Positions 1 to 10,082 of a DNA stretch of 64,000 nt are shown here, one piece after another. This stretch comes from an uncultured cyanobacterium (GTDB taxonomy: Bacteria; Cyanobacteriota; Cyanobacteriia; PCC-9006; JAAUQQ01): NCBI GenBank assembly GCA_963718615.1, contig OY970368.1:5984001-6048000 (forward strand), read 5' to 3'. The notes under the pieces were generated by a model. The model was not told the origin of the DNA. It was given only the letters and a program-made list of their open reading frames with translations, and searched no databases. How positions within the stretch are numbered: the first letter of the stretch is position 1; every line of letters begins with the position of its first letter. The position numbers and the translations under genes are program-made.

Positions 1-173
1 CAATCTCACATCAGTCTCACGCCAGCCTCGCATCTATCTCATGTCAGTCGCGCCTTGATTTTGCCTGAATCCCGCTCCATCCTGCTCAGTCCAAGCCCAG
101 TCAGCTCAAACGGACTGCCAATTTGGACGTTAAATTTGGGCATTACTGAGAAAGGAATTGCAGGTTAACCGGC

Positions 174-986
174 GTGAAACTGATCGACTATGCCCCAACG
201 ATTTTTATCATCGCCCATCGCGAAGATACAACGTTGCTCGTAGAAACGCTGGCGCGACAGGGCTTTAATTGCCAGGTTCTCCGACAAACACTTCAGCCCG
301 GTCAGGAAAATTTTTCTCGGAGCTATCGCTGCTTGCTCAACCACTGCAATGCTTGGCGGTGGGTCCAAGGGCAGCAGCAACCGGCCCTGGTGATCGAAGC
401 GGACTTCGTGCCTGTCCGGCAGTTTGGGCAACGGCCCGTTCCCTTCAATCCGGCAGACCCCGACGTGGGCTTGGCTTGGCTCTATACCTGCGCTGCGCAA
501 ATTTATCATGTCACCCCGGAAGGCCATGCCCAGGGATTTTCGACCTCGATGGTGGCCTACCTGCTCCATCCCCGCTGCGTGGACCATTTGCTCAGATTTG
601 CTGAACAAATCGCCCAGGATCCAGGCCCAACGGCCTATACCAGCTGGGACTCGGAGCTCGATTCGCTGTTGCTCGCCCAAGGACTCTGCAACTACGTGCC
701 TTTCCGCAACTATGGCGAACATGGCAGCCATGACCCCAATCCCGAACACAAAGCCCATGGCCTCAGCCGCACCCATCGAGCAGATGTGCTTTACGGTAGC
801 CTAGCGTTTCCACCGCTCTATGCCATGGAGCCCCTGGCCTGGAAAATCCGTCTCCATGCTCGGGCCAAAGGCATCGGGCGATTGCTTGCTGGTCGGTATG
901 TGCGGCCTGCGGTGCTGCGTAAAGCGAGTGTCCCGTGGCAAATGGTGAGTTTTGCCCTGCGACGGCAGTTGTCTTGGCCGCTTTAG
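174..986 (+). CDS. Glycosyltransferase, GT25-like (LPS biosynthesis type)
   Basis: 270 aa; CLLNHCNAW...ALVIEADF and STSMVAYLL segments resemble GT25 motifs. Confidence 0.6.
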   Translation: MKLIDYAPTIFIIAHREDTTLLVETLARQGFNCQVLRQTLQPGQENFSRSYRCLLNHCNAWRWVQGQQQPALVIEADFVPVRQFGQRPVPFNPADPDVGLAWLYTCAAQIYHVTPEGHAQGFSTSMVAYLLHPRCVDHLLRFAEQIAQDPGPTAYTSWDSELDSLLLAQGLCNYVPFRNYGEHGSHDPNPEHKAHGLSRTHRADVLYGSLAFPPLYAMEPLAWKIRLHARAKGIGRLLAGRYVRPAVLRKASVPWQMVSFALRRQLSWPL

Positions 987-1071
987 CAGCAATTGAATCA
1001 ACTCACGGCAAAATAGGGGAGCAAGGCCAACGGGCCTGTTGTTTTTGCTGTGGATCTTGATTCCAAATCCC

Positions 1072-2157
1072 GTGAACCCAATTTTTTCTTTCCCCCAACG
1101 CCTCTTCCGACCCTGGATCACCCTGCTGCTCCTGAGCAGTGTTTTGGGGGGATGCGGTTCATTCAATTGGGACCAAGCCTTTTCCCCTGACCCCGCATTG
1201 GGCGATCGCCCCACGCCCCAACCCTCCGCCACCGCCCCAACCCCACCCATGGGCGTTGCCTCGCCATCCTCCCCCAAGCCCTCATCCAGCCCCGACAATT
1301 CCCCTGCCTCAACGTCCAGCTCAAATGCCAATACAAGCGCCAATACAAGCGCCAATTCAACCGCCAACACCTCTCAAGACTTCTCAGACCTAGACCAAGC
1401 CCCCGCCCCCCTGCAAGACGCCCTGCGGGCCGTGGCCCAACTGGGCATCCTCACGCCCCTCCCCGATCCCATTGCCCCAACCCCATCTTCCGCTACCCCA
1501 TCACTCACCACTCCATCCCCCACCTCAACAGTTGCCTTTGCACCCAACCAGCCTGTGACCCGACGGCAATATGCCCGCTGGCTGTTGGCGGCTAATAATG
1601 AGATTTATCGCGATCGCCCCCCCGCTCAAATTCGCCCTGCCACGGCTGGCACGCCGTCAACCTTTAAGGATGTGACTGCAACAGATCCTGATTTTGCGGC
1701 GATTCAGGGCCTAGCGGAAGCGGGCATTATTCCGAGTGCCCTTTCCGGTGCCCAGGAGCAGATTAATTTCAATCCCAATGAGCCTCTCTTGCGGGAGGAT
1801 CTGTTGCTGTGGAAAGTGCCTTTGGATGTGCGCGGGGCTTTGCCTGCTAGCAATTTAGAGGCGGTGAAAGAAGCTTGGGGGTTTCAGGATACGAGCAAGA
1901 TCAGTGCTCCGGCACTTCGGGCGGTTTTGGCTGACTATCAAAATGGTGACCAAGCGGTGATTCGTCGAGTATTTGGCTATACAACACTGTTTCAGCCTAA
2001 AAAGTCTGTGACCCGTGCGGAGGCGGCTGCGTCGTTGGCCTATTTTGGCAGTCAGGGGCAGGGACAATTGGCTGCGGATGTGGGAACGGCCCAGCTTGGT
2101 GTGTCGGCAACGGAAACCAAATCGCCTACACCAGGACCGGGGAGGGCTGGAGGATAA
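1072..2157 (+). CDS. S-layer homology (SLH) domain lipoprotein
   Basis: Hydrophobic leader with lipobox LGGC, Ser/Pro-rich linker, SLH-like motifs (FAPNQPVTRRQYA, FKDV...IQGLAEAGII, FQPKKSVTRAEAAA); GTG start at 1072 inferred. Confidence 0.8.
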   Translation: MNPIFSFPQRLFRPWITLLLLSSVLGGCGSFNWDQAFSPDPALGDRPTPQPSATAPTPPMGVASPSSPKPSSSPDNSPASTSSSNANTSANTSANSTANTSQDFSDLDQAPAPLQDALRAVAQLGILTPLPDPIAPTPSSATPSLTTPSPTSTVAFAPNQPVTRRQYARWLLAANNEIYRDRPPAQIRPATAGTPSTFKDVTATDPDFAAIQGLAEAGIIPSALSGAQEQINFNPNEPLLREDLLLWKVPLDVRGALPASNLEAVKEAWGFQDTSKISAPALRAVLADYQNGDQAVIRRVFGYTTLFQPKKSVTRAEAAASLAYFGSQGQGQLAADVGTAQLGVSATETKSPTPGPGRAGG

Positions 2158-2206
2158 AAGATGAAAGTAGATGCTTTAAACTAAAATCAGCGACTGTCTT
2201 CCCACT

Positions 2207-2530
2207 ATGCCAGAAACCACTGTTCAACCGACGGATCACAAATACATCACGCTTAGGGAAAATGGTGTTCCCTATATCACCGGAACAACCATGAAGGTGG
2301 TTGAGTTGGTGACTTCCCATCTGACCTATGGTTGGAGTCCCGCAGAATTGCATTTTCAGTATCCTCATGTCACCATGAGCCAGATTCATTCCGCTTTATC
2401 CTACTATTGGGATCACAAAGCTGAAATTGATGCGGATATCGATCGGCGGCTTGCATTAGCCCAGCAACAAAAAGCTGCTGCTCCTGATTCTCCTATCCTG
2501 GCAAAACTTCAGGCTAAAGGATTGCGTTGA
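2207..2530 (+). CDS. DUF433 family antitoxin
   Basis: GVPYITGTTMKVVELV...GWSPAELHFQYPHVTMSQIHSALSYY is typical of DUF433; overlaps the downstream PIN gene. Confidence 0.85.
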   Translation: MPETTVQPTDHKYITLRENGVPYITGTTMKVVELVTSHLTYGWSPAELHFQYPHVTMSQIHSALSYYWDHKAEIDADIDRRLALAQQQKAAAPDSPILAKLQAKGLR

Positions 2531-2877
2531 TGACGATTCGGTATTACATGGATGAGCAGGTACCGCGTCAAATTACGATCGGTTTACTGCTAAGAAATGT
2601 GGATGTGTTGACGGTACAGGAAGATGGTCGAGCTGGTTTAGATGATCCTGATGTGTTGGTTAGGGCGATTGAATTGCAGCGAGTTCTATTTACAAGGGAT
2701 GATGATTTTCTTGCGATCGCCAATGATTATTTTCAGGCAGGAAAGGACTTTACAGGAATCATTTATGCTCATCAGCAACTTGCCAGTATCGGTGACTGTG
2801 TTCGTGATTTGGGGGTAATTGCAGAGGCTTGTGAAATGTCGGATTTTGTCAATCATATTGAGTATTTACCATTATAG
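2527..2877 (+). CDS. DUF5615 family PIN-like toxin
   Basis: YYMDEQVP...DDPDVL...RVLFTRDDDFL motifs; coupled to DUF433. Confidence 0.85.
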   Translation: MMTIRYYMDEQVPRQITIGLLLRNVDVLTVQEDGRAGLDDPDVLVRAIELQRVLFTRDDDFLAIANDYFQAGKDFTGIIYAHQQLASIGDCVRDLGVIAEACEMSDFVNHIEYLPL

Positions 2878-3197
2878 TTGCAGTTGCCGTCTATCCCTCC
2901 CTAGGGCGATGAGCGTGGCAGAGCGGTCAGTTACATGTACGGATTGGGATCAAAACCTTAAACTCTTCTTTAAGTGTTTTTGCCCAGATGTGTTGTCTCT
3001 GGGGATATTAGCGGTATGACGTTGGATTGTTTGGCTGATATTCAAGGGATATTGACTGGTCTCTATGAGCAACTGAAGTGTCGGAATGTGCCGGAACGTG
3101 AGGCAGAGACTGTCGTGGCGGATCTGGTGGAGGAGCTGGAGATTTTCCAGCCTAGAGTGGAGCCTGAAGAGGAGAAGGCACTGCTTGATCTTCCCCC

Positions 3198-3260
3198 GAA
3201 GTAGCGAGATTTTGCAATGCCGATGGTGGGTTTATCGAGCAGCAGCCCGATTGGAGATGA
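3198..3260 (-). pseudogene. Short endonuclease V (nfi)-like fragment
   Basis: Minus-strand peptide SSPIGLLLDKPTIGIAKSRYF resembles the EndoV 'HLGLLxxxPTIGVAKS' motif; the rest of the gene is absent. Confidence 0.5.
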
Positions 3261-3448
3261 TGTTTGTGCGGTGAGCTGAACAACCTTCCAAAGCAAGCCT
3301 CTCCTGTTTTCGTTGAATTGCTGGTACGAGTGAGGTTAATGAATCTCAAGCTGTGGGAAGTATAATAAGAGACCTGCTAAATTTCTCTATTTGGTGTCGT
3401 TCTCAATGGTTACATTAAGTTGCCTTACATTGCTGCGAGGGAACAAGA

Positions 3449-3841
3449 TTGAAACAAATGAAGCTTTTAGGGTGGCTTATCTTAAGCCTAGGTTTGGGTA
3501 AGGGGCTTGACGTTCTGTTCACCCCTTCCGAACTTTCTGTTGCGATGGTCATCTATATAATACCACTGATATTGCTGGGCATTCAGCGGGAAAAGGTGAT
3601 GACGAGAAAGACGTTAGAACTGTGTGGCCATCGAATTAAAGTTGAATGGATGACCCATGAATGGATGACTTTTTGGGGGATTCGCTTAGGAGAGAGCCGA
3701 GAAGTTGAACGGAAGGTGGAGTGGCTCCCTGACACAGAGCTACAGAAGTTGACAACCGAAACAGTATGGCTTCTTGTTCAGACATTGCCAGTGATTTGGC
3801 CTAATGTACTTCCACGGGCCTTGAGAAGGCTGATCTCATGA
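3449..3841 (+). CDS. Hypothetical membrane protein
   Basis: 130 aa with two N-terminal hydrophobic segments; overlaps next ORF (ATGA). Confidence 0.55.
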   Translation: MKQMKLLGWLILSLGLGKGLDVLFTPSELSVAMVIYIIPLILLGIQREKVMTRKTLELCGHRIKVEWMTHEWMTFWGIRLGESREVERKVEWLPDTELQKLTTETVWLLVQTLPVIWPNVLPRALRRLIS

Positions 3842-4383
3842 AGAACAGTAATTTTTCTCTTAAGAAAATTGAACTCAGTAATATTTCGTTTTCTAAGATT
3901 TTTGCTTTAAGTAAGATTCAGTACAAAAACATAAATATTCGGCGAGAACGCCTATTCCCTTTCATTCTTAGTTTTTTGCTGGTGTCAGGGATTGTTGTGA
4001 GTGGCTGGACTCTGAAAATTTACACTGACCGCTCAGGCCCAATCATAGACCCCCCTGATAGATCGATAATAGATAAAAATAAACCTGGGGATGTAGATCG
4101 GGATGGATCAGAGAAGGGTAACACTGGAACGCGGGGAGATTATGGTGACTATCATCGTCCATGTCAAAAGCCTTCAAAAATTCAATTTGATCATGATCCA
4201 ACGATTAAGGAGCGTGCTCGGAGAGGTCTCAATCAATTGGAACAGTATCCAGATATTGTAGGTGTGGCCGGAGGTGCGATCGCGGGTTCGCTCTTAGCTC
4301 TCACAGCTGCACCTGGCATCGCACTGGCAGCACTTGGCGTTGTAACTTGGCTCTTTATAAGAGGCGCTTTAGGCGCTTGCTAA
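3838..4383 (+). CDS. Hypothetical membrane protein with C-terminal Gly/Ala-rich hairpin
   Basis: One TM segment, an acidic/Gly loop and C-terminal GVAGGAIAGSLLALTAAPGIALAALG. Confidence 0.6.
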   Translation: MKNSNFSLKKIELSNISFSKIFALSKIQYKNINIRRERLFPFILSFLLVSGIVVSGWTLKIYTDRSGPIIDPPDRSIIDKNKPGDVDRDGSEKGNTGTRGDYGDYHRPCQKPSKIQFDHDPTIKERARRGLNQLEQYPDIVGVAGGAIAGSLLALTAAPGIALAALGVVTWLFIRGALGAC

Positions 4384-4445
4384 CAGCATGTCTCAACAAA
4401 ATTATCTTGGTTTATCAACTCAATCTAATTGCGAGTAACCACATA

Positions 4446-4874
4446 ATGAAATTGTTTAAACCTAAGACCAGTAAAGACCCCGAAGAATCGCTAATAAAAA
4501 CAGAATCTTCGGCCATGGGAAATGTAGTCACTGACATAAACCCCCGTGAACTTTTAAGGTCAGAGGAGCCTGAAAACCCAGCTTCATTCAGCTTGGTTGC
4601 AGGCGGTAGGAACTTGATTATTTTAGTTGTCGGTGGATGTGTTGCTATTGCTGTCATGATGGCGCTTTCTGGTGATACCTGTTTATTCAGTATCGGATGT
4701 GGTCATGGGACCGGCGGACTTCCAAGTTCCCATGGGATTGCAGCTGATTTCTGGGGAGTCATTCTTGCACTAGGATTTTTTGCCATTAGCGGAACCCTCG
4801 GCTTACCGGCGATACCTGCATTAGCAATTAGTATGGGGCTGTGGGCTCTCATAAAAGCAACTTTTGCACTCTAG
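4446..4874 (+). CDS. Hypothetical membrane protein
   Basis: ATG at 4446 (MKLFKPK); three hydrophobic Gly-rich segments. Confidence 0.6.
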   Translation: MKLFKPKTSKDPEESLIKTESSAMGNVVTDINPRELLRSEEPENPASFSLVAGGRNLIILVVGGCVAIAVMMALSGDTCLFSIGCGHGTGGLPSSHGIAADFWGVILALGFFAISGTLGLPAIPALAISMGLWALIKATFAL

Positions 4875-4889
4875 TTTTACCTTTATTTT

Positions 4890-6416
4890 ATGCAAGCTCT
4901 AGCCATGCCTATCATTGAAATTCAACAAGTTTCCAAGTCTTTGGGGGCTTTTTTGAACCCGCAAGAAATTCTTCGTGATATCAGTCTCACGCTTAACGCT
5001 GGCGAATTCGTCGTTCTCTCGGGTGAGAATGGCGCTGGTAAAAGTACGCTGATCAATCTTATTCTCGGCCTTTCAATCCCTCAAGAAGGAACTATTAAGT
5101 TGATGGGTCACTCTCCACAGAACCCTCAGGCTAAAACTGAATTAGGTGTTTTCTTTCAAGATTCTACATTCCCAAGAAACTTGAAGGTTCGAGAAGTCAT
5201 TGAACTGATTTCTAGTTATCACGCGACCCCTATGACAATGCCTCAGGTGGTCAAGAAATTCTCGATTCAAGATCTACTAGATCGCCCCGCCACTGAGCTT
5301 TCTGGAGGGCAGAAGAAATGGCTCCGCCTAGTCTTAGCTTTCGTGGGACAGCCTCAGCTTTTGATTCTGGATGAGCCTACCAGTGATATTGATGCGACTC
5401 GATACCAAGAATTCTGGCAGCATCTAACTGAATTTCATCAGCAAGGTGGCACTATTTTGATCGTGACCCATCGTCCAGAAGATTGGGTACAGCTTGAAAA
5501 GATCGCGACCCGCTCGATTCAACTCCAACGATTGACACCTGCTCTAATTGGGTCGCAGCTTAATGACGATGGGCGAATCCAGCGAGAATCCAGCATCGTC
5601 GAGCAAATCGATTCTGCTTCGCTTTTTACTAAACGCTCAGATTCTACTGTACAGAAACAGGCATTACTGAAAGAGCAGCCTCGCAGAGTTGACACTTTTG
5701 ATTCGATCGTAACTCAGTGCCGTATGGAGGTACTTCAGCTTCTGCGTACTCCAGTTTCTCTGGTCAGCACGCTGATTCTAATTGGCAGCGCTAGTAAACT
5801 GCCCCATACGGATAGCCAAGCCTATAGTCAATTTTTCATCGCTATCAGCACAATGCTTCTATTGATGCTTTGCTTAGATATTCTAGGGAAAAATGTCTCA
5901 CTTGAGCGACTAGAGCAGTGGTTCAAATTTGTTCGTACCACGCCACTCCCTTTAATGTCTTATCTTGCGGCTAAAGTCATCACTGCTTTTGGGATTGCGT
6001 CATTGAGTCTTGCAAGCATGTTTGCAGTTGCTAGATTCTTTGGGTACTTGCCAAAGGACTTCTCGGTATTACCGGTAGTGCTGAATCAGTTGATTTTTCT
6101 CTTTCCTTTCGCTGTATTGACATTGTGCCTGAGTTATTTGATCAATCCGAAAGGATATGACTCAGTCTCCAAGCTTCTGTTCCTGGGGGTGGCTGTTCCC
6201 TCAGCCTTGCCAGCAATGGGAATATCGCTGCCCAGTAAGCTGGAAACGGCTATTCATTTTTCGCCGTTTTATCACTATTTTCAATTAATCCGGGAATCAG
6301 CAAGCTTGTCTTTTGATCATCATCATTTTCTTCATGCTGCTTGGATGGTTTGGTGTGCGATCGCGTTCAGCTTGCTCGCTGTCTGGTCTTGTCAGCGCGA
6401 ACAGAAGACTGCGTAA
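4890..6416 (+). CDS. Fused ABC exporter: ATP-binding domain + ABC-2-type permease
   Basis: Walker A GENGAGKST, signature LSGGQ, Walker B LILDEPT, then ~6 TM segments. Confidence 0.85.
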   Translation: MQALAMPIIEIQQVSKSLGAFLNPQEILRDISLTLNAGEFVVLSGENGAGKSTLINLILGLSIPQEGTIKLMGHSPQNPQAKTELGVFFQDSTFPRNLKVREVIELISSYHATPMTMPQVVKKFSIQDLLDRPATELSGGQKKWLRLVLAFVGQPQLLILDEPTSDIDATRYQEFWQHLTEFHQQGGTILIVTHRPEDWVQLEKIATRSIQLQRLTPALIGSQLNDDGRIQRESSIVEQIDSASLFTKRSDSTVQKQALLKEQPRRVDTFDSIVTQCRMEVLQLLRTPVSLVSTLILIGSASKLPHTDSQAYSQFFIAISTMLLLMLCLDILGKNVSLERLEQWFKFVRTTPLPLMSYLAAKVITAFGIASLSLASMFAVARFFGYLPKDFSVLPVVLNQLIFLFPFAVLTLCLSYLINPKGYDSVSKLLFLGVAVPSALPAMGISLPSKLETAIHFSPFYHYFQLIRESASLSFDHHHFLHAAWMVWCAIAFSLLAVWSCQREQKTA

Positions 6417-6639
6417 TGAATTTCTAGCCTGGGGTTTGAACCTTAGGCGGTTGTCGCAATCGCTCAAGCGTGCCGATGGCACCACCGCCGCTCAGCGATT
6501 GTTCGGACAGCCTTTCCCTGACCTCTTTGAATGGATACTTGAACAATCCTCTGAGCTTCCACTCCCTCGACAGTCTCATAAATCACAACAGCCTCAACCT
6601 TCGCTGGCTCTAACTTTCCCGGCTTAAGTTACTACCCAA

Positions 6640-7030
6640 TAGATCTAGCGAATCTGGATAAGGCTGACTTTTCTCAACTATTTAGATGCTGTCCGAAATA
6701 TTCAGGATGATGACTCTAAAGCCGAAGTATTAATGGAGCTAGCGAAGCTGGATAAGGCTGATTTTTCAGACATCCTGCAATTTATGGCCAAAAGCTCCCA
6801 ACAATCCGCAGTCGCATCCGCCCTCAGCCAAGCCCTTTCTGATTTCCCCTTTCAACCCCTCCCCCCTCCAAGACTGGCAAACCAGCCTCCACATCCTCGC
6901 CCACAACCAACGCGCCGATCTCATGCAAACCCTCCTCGTCCTCCTTCCCACCCTCACCCAACTCGGTGGCCCCACCGCAGGCCGAGCCATGACCCAAGCC
7001 CTCCAAACCATCTGCCAGCAGTGGCCCTAG
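6640..7030 (+). pseudogene. Frameshifted C-terminal fragment of a cyanobacterial helical-repeat protein
   Basis: Duplicated LANLDKADFS/LAKLDKADFS repeat; a shifted frame gives DWQTSLHILAHNQRADLMQTL...QLGG...ICQQWP*. Confidence 0.5.
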
Positions 7031-7221
7031 GGGAAAATCGGACGTGTGAACGCGGAACACTGAAAAGAAGAACCATCGTCCCTCAACTAGAGAAGAAAGA
7101 AAAATATAGTACAAAAAGACTGCTGCATGGGATGGCGATCGAGTAGAAAAGGATATATTAAACTGGAGCTACCCAGACGAGGCACCGGATCATAAGCATT
7201 CAAGAACTCGAAGCCCAACTG

Positions 7222-7383
7222 CTCAATGAATTGATCGCCAAACAACCCAAACCAGCAGTACTCGATTGGCTCAATACTCAACCCAATCAGGATTTGTATC
7301 TATAGGGGGCTTTTACGCGGGTTACCCGGAATGAGAAAGATTTTGCTGGAACAGGTTTGACCATCCTCAATCCATGGACTTAA
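7222..7383 (+). pseudogene. Internally deleted VapC/PIN toxin remnant
   Basis: LNELIAKQPKPAVLDWLNTQPNQDLYL* followed closely by VTRNEKDFAGTGLTILNPWT*, i.e. N- and C-terminal VapC motifs with the middle missing. Confidence 0.6.
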
Positions 7384-7610
7384 ATCCAGCAGTCTCTCGC
7401 CAACCTTTCCTACACCAACTGGCAATCTCCCTGCACCTACTCGCCCACTGCAAACGCGCCGACCTCATGCAAGAGGTTTCATGGATAAATCGTCACCCGC
7501 AACCCAACCCCCAACGCCGCCATCCGCCCCAACAACGCCGCCGCCAGCTCCCGCAAATCCACCGCCGACACCAGATCCAAATAGATAGACGTGTCTGCCT
7601 GGATGTCTGG

Positions 7611-7770
7611 TCAATGGTGGGGGAGGATCAGTATTGCTGCCTTGAGGGAGTACTCAGCCCGCTTGGCCTTAATGGTCACGACCCAAATTCGATCCTCAAA
7701 TACCAAGAGGTCAATCAACTCCCTCACCAGAAATCCTTCATCTTCGGTGATGAGTTCTACCAAAACTCTC
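7611..7770 (-). pseudogene. Fragment of a cyanobacterial type I restriction R N-terminal-like (PD-(D/E)XK) protein
   Basis: EDEGFLVRELIDLLVFEDRIWVVTIKAKR resembles the 'GRIDVLV...IESK' nuclease core; truncated. Confidence 0.4.
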
Positions 7771-7999
7771 CGCAGTGCTCCGCCTATACCCGAAGAGTTA
7801 GGGGGTGGTGAAGGGTCACTTTGAACGATTTTGAACTGATAAAATAGAGTCATGCTAAAAGGAAGTGTCCTATCAATGCATGCTCAATTCGGGGAGAGTA
7901 CATCATGGCGGCAGATGCTCCCTATCCACTTTTTGTTCACAATTTAGATCAAATACTATATCTACAATCGTGTTTAGCAGATAGCCTGGGAGGCCGTAA

Positions 8000-9337
8000 A
8001 TGAGAAGCTTGTTAATGCGTAGTCCAATTGCGATCGCTCTCTTTTGGATCGGCACCTACTTACTGGTTACCCTTCTCCCTCTCTTTATTTTGTTGATCTA
8101 TCCACCGCCAAACGCGCGAGGATTTTGGATAGAGTTTTCAGTTGCGCTGGGGTTTATCGGGTTGGCTATGATGGCCTTACAGTTTGTCTTAACGGCCCGC
8201 ATCAATCGAATCGAAGCGTCGTATGGCATCGACATTCTGCTGCAATTCCACCGTTTTACATCCCTAGTGGCGTTTTTTATGGTGTTGCTGCATCCGGTCA
8301 TGCTGTTTATCGTTCAGCCAGAAACCAGGCAGCTTTTGAATTTTCCCGCAGCCCCCTGGCGAGCAAGGCTGGCCATTTTAGGAACATTGGCCTTCATCAC
8401 CTTAGTGGTCACCACCATTTGGCGCAAGCCCTTGCGCATTCCCTACGAGCCTTGGCGTACATCTCATACGATCTTGTCAGTCTTGGCCGTGGGGCTAGGA
8501 CTGGGACATGCCCTGGGGGTTAGCTACTATCTAGCATTGTTTTGGAAAAAAATGATATGGGCAGGCATAGCCCTCATCGCCCTGTGGCTGGTGGTTTACG
8601 TGCGGATTATCAAACCCTGGATGATGACCCGCAAGCCCTATCTGGTAGAAGCCGTCACGCCACAGCGAGGCAACGTTTGGACGCTGGCCTTGCGCCCCTG
8701 GGGCCACAATGGGTTTTGCTTCCAGCCCGGTCAATTCTCTTGGCTCACGTTGGATATCACGCCCTTGAGTATGCGAGAGCATCCCTTTTCGATGTCCTCT
8801 AATGCGGATCATGCGGGTCGCGTTGAGTTTGGCATTAAGGCATTAGGAGACTTTACCGGCACTATCAAAGACATCAAACCCGGAACGAAAGCCTATTTAG
8901 ATGGCCCCTATGGTGTATTTACGATCGATCGCTATGAAGATTCAGCTGGATTTGTGCTAATTGCAGGTGGCGTTGGCATCACACCGATGATGAGTATGAT
9001 AGCAACCGCAGCCGAGCGAAAAGACGACCGTCCTTACTTGTTGATTTACGCTAGCAAAACCTGGGATGAAATTACCTTTCGTGAAGAGCTAGATGTCCTT
9101 AAGGCACAGCTAGATTTGGAGATTGTGTATGTTTTGAGAGAGCCGCCAGAGCATTGGTCGGGTGAAGAGGGATACGTTGATCAGCAGCTTTTGGCTCGCC
9201 ACATTCCAAAGCATCAGGCAACCCGGCATTATTTTATTTGTGCCGCCCCGGCGATGATGACGCAAGCGGAACGCGCTCTGCACGACTTAGGTGTACCCGT
9301 CACGCAAGTTCATATGGAACACTTTAATCTAGCCTAA
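8000..9337 (+). CDS. Ferric-reductase-like transmembrane oxidoreductase (FAD/NAD(P)H-binding)
   Basis: N-terminal TM domain with His residues, HPFS FAD motif, DGPYG, LIAGGVGITP, C-terminal EHF. Confidence 0.85.
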   Translation: MRSLLMRSPIAIALFWIGTYLLVTLLPLFILLIYPPPNARGFWIEFSVALGFIGLAMMALQFVLTARINRIEASYGIDILLQFHRFTSLVAFFMVLLHPVMLFIVQPETRQLLNFPAAPWRARLAILGTLAFITLVVTTIWRKPLRIPYEPWRTSHTILSVLAVGLGLGHALGVSYYLALFWKKMIWAGIALIALWLVVYVRIIKPWMMTRKPYLVEAVTPQRGNVWTLALRPWGHNGFCFQPGQFSWLTLDITPLSMREHPFSMSSNADHAGRVEFGIKALGDFTGTIKDIKPGTKAYLDGPYGVFTIDRYEDSAGFVLIAGGVGITPMMSMIATAAERKDDRPYLLIYASKTWDEITFREELDVLKAQLDLEIVYVLREPPEHWSGEEGYVDQQLLARHIPKHQATRHYFICAAPAMMTQAERALHDLGVPVTQVHMEHFNLA

Positions 9338-9466
9338 ATCAACCGTTAGCTTCTGACTCACTTGTTCTTGTTGTCTGGTTGTCAAAGTCTTGCTGTTAGA
9401 ATTCAATCTTAAAATCCCAATCTTAAAATCTCGACCTTAAAATCTCAATCATAAAGGTTTCTGATT

Positions 9467-9646
9467 ATGCGATACAGCATCATGCTCCAACTCGTCGGGC
9501 TGATGACGCTAGTGCTACTGACTACTGCGGCACTTTTTGCCTGGTTACAAAATCGCTCTGTACCAAGTCCAAATGTGGATTCACACAGACGTAGCTCATT
9601 ACGAAGTGACGCTTTTCGGGCGATCGATCTCCTTAAAGACGTCTAG
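9467..9646 (+). CDS. Small membrane protein (59 aa)
   Basis: ATG 9467 to TAG 9646, MRYSIMLQLVGLMTLVLLTTAALFAWLQN...; below the ORF-track cutoff. Confidence 0.45.
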   Translation: MRYSIMLQLVGLMTLVLLTTAALFAWLQNRSVPSPNVDSHRRSSLRSDAFRAIDLLKDV

Positions 9647-9700
9647 GATTGTTGCGCCTGTCACTAGCGACAGACGTTGAGCGGCTAGCGCTCCTCTACT

Positions 9701-10078
9701 CTAGGCAACGCCATAATTGGTGTAGGGACGTTTGGCGGGGGGCTGGAGGCCCAAGATAATATCTTCTTTGGGGACACCCATATTCACCAACACTGCTGCT
9801 GGGTCCTGTTCGGTTTTGTTTTCTTGGAGCCAGATTTTGCTGTCTTTCACTTGCAGATGAATGATACAGCGGTAAATACGATCGAATCCGCGCCAGCCGA
9901 TGTGCCACCATTGGTAGTGGCCTTGAATGGGATCGATGACTAGGTGGGTTTCTACGTCTGCTTGAGGGCGATCGTTGGCTGCGTAGTTCCGGATGACTTG
10001 CTCGGCTAGTTTTCGGTATTGGTTGCTTTTGTGGATGCTAGTCTCTTGGGCTAGTTTGTTCTGGGTTAGGCTATCCAT
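9701..10078 (-). CDS. XisI family protein
   Basis: HIGWRGFDRIYRCIIHLQVKDSKIWLQENKTE...GVPKEDIILG is the XisI pattern. Confidence 0.9.
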   Translation of the reverse strand: MDSLTQNKLAQETSIHKSNQYRKLAEQVIRNYAANDRPQADVETHLVIDPIQGHYQWWHIGWRGFDRIYRCIIHLQVKDSKIWLQENKTEQDPAAVLVNMGVPKEDIILGLQPPAKRPYTNYGVA

Positions 10079-10082
10079 TTCT

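Noticed and set aside
9701-10078. XisI as evidence of an fdxN-type excision element
   Set aside because: No XisH or recombinase is nearby; stand-alone XisI genes are common in cyanobacteria.
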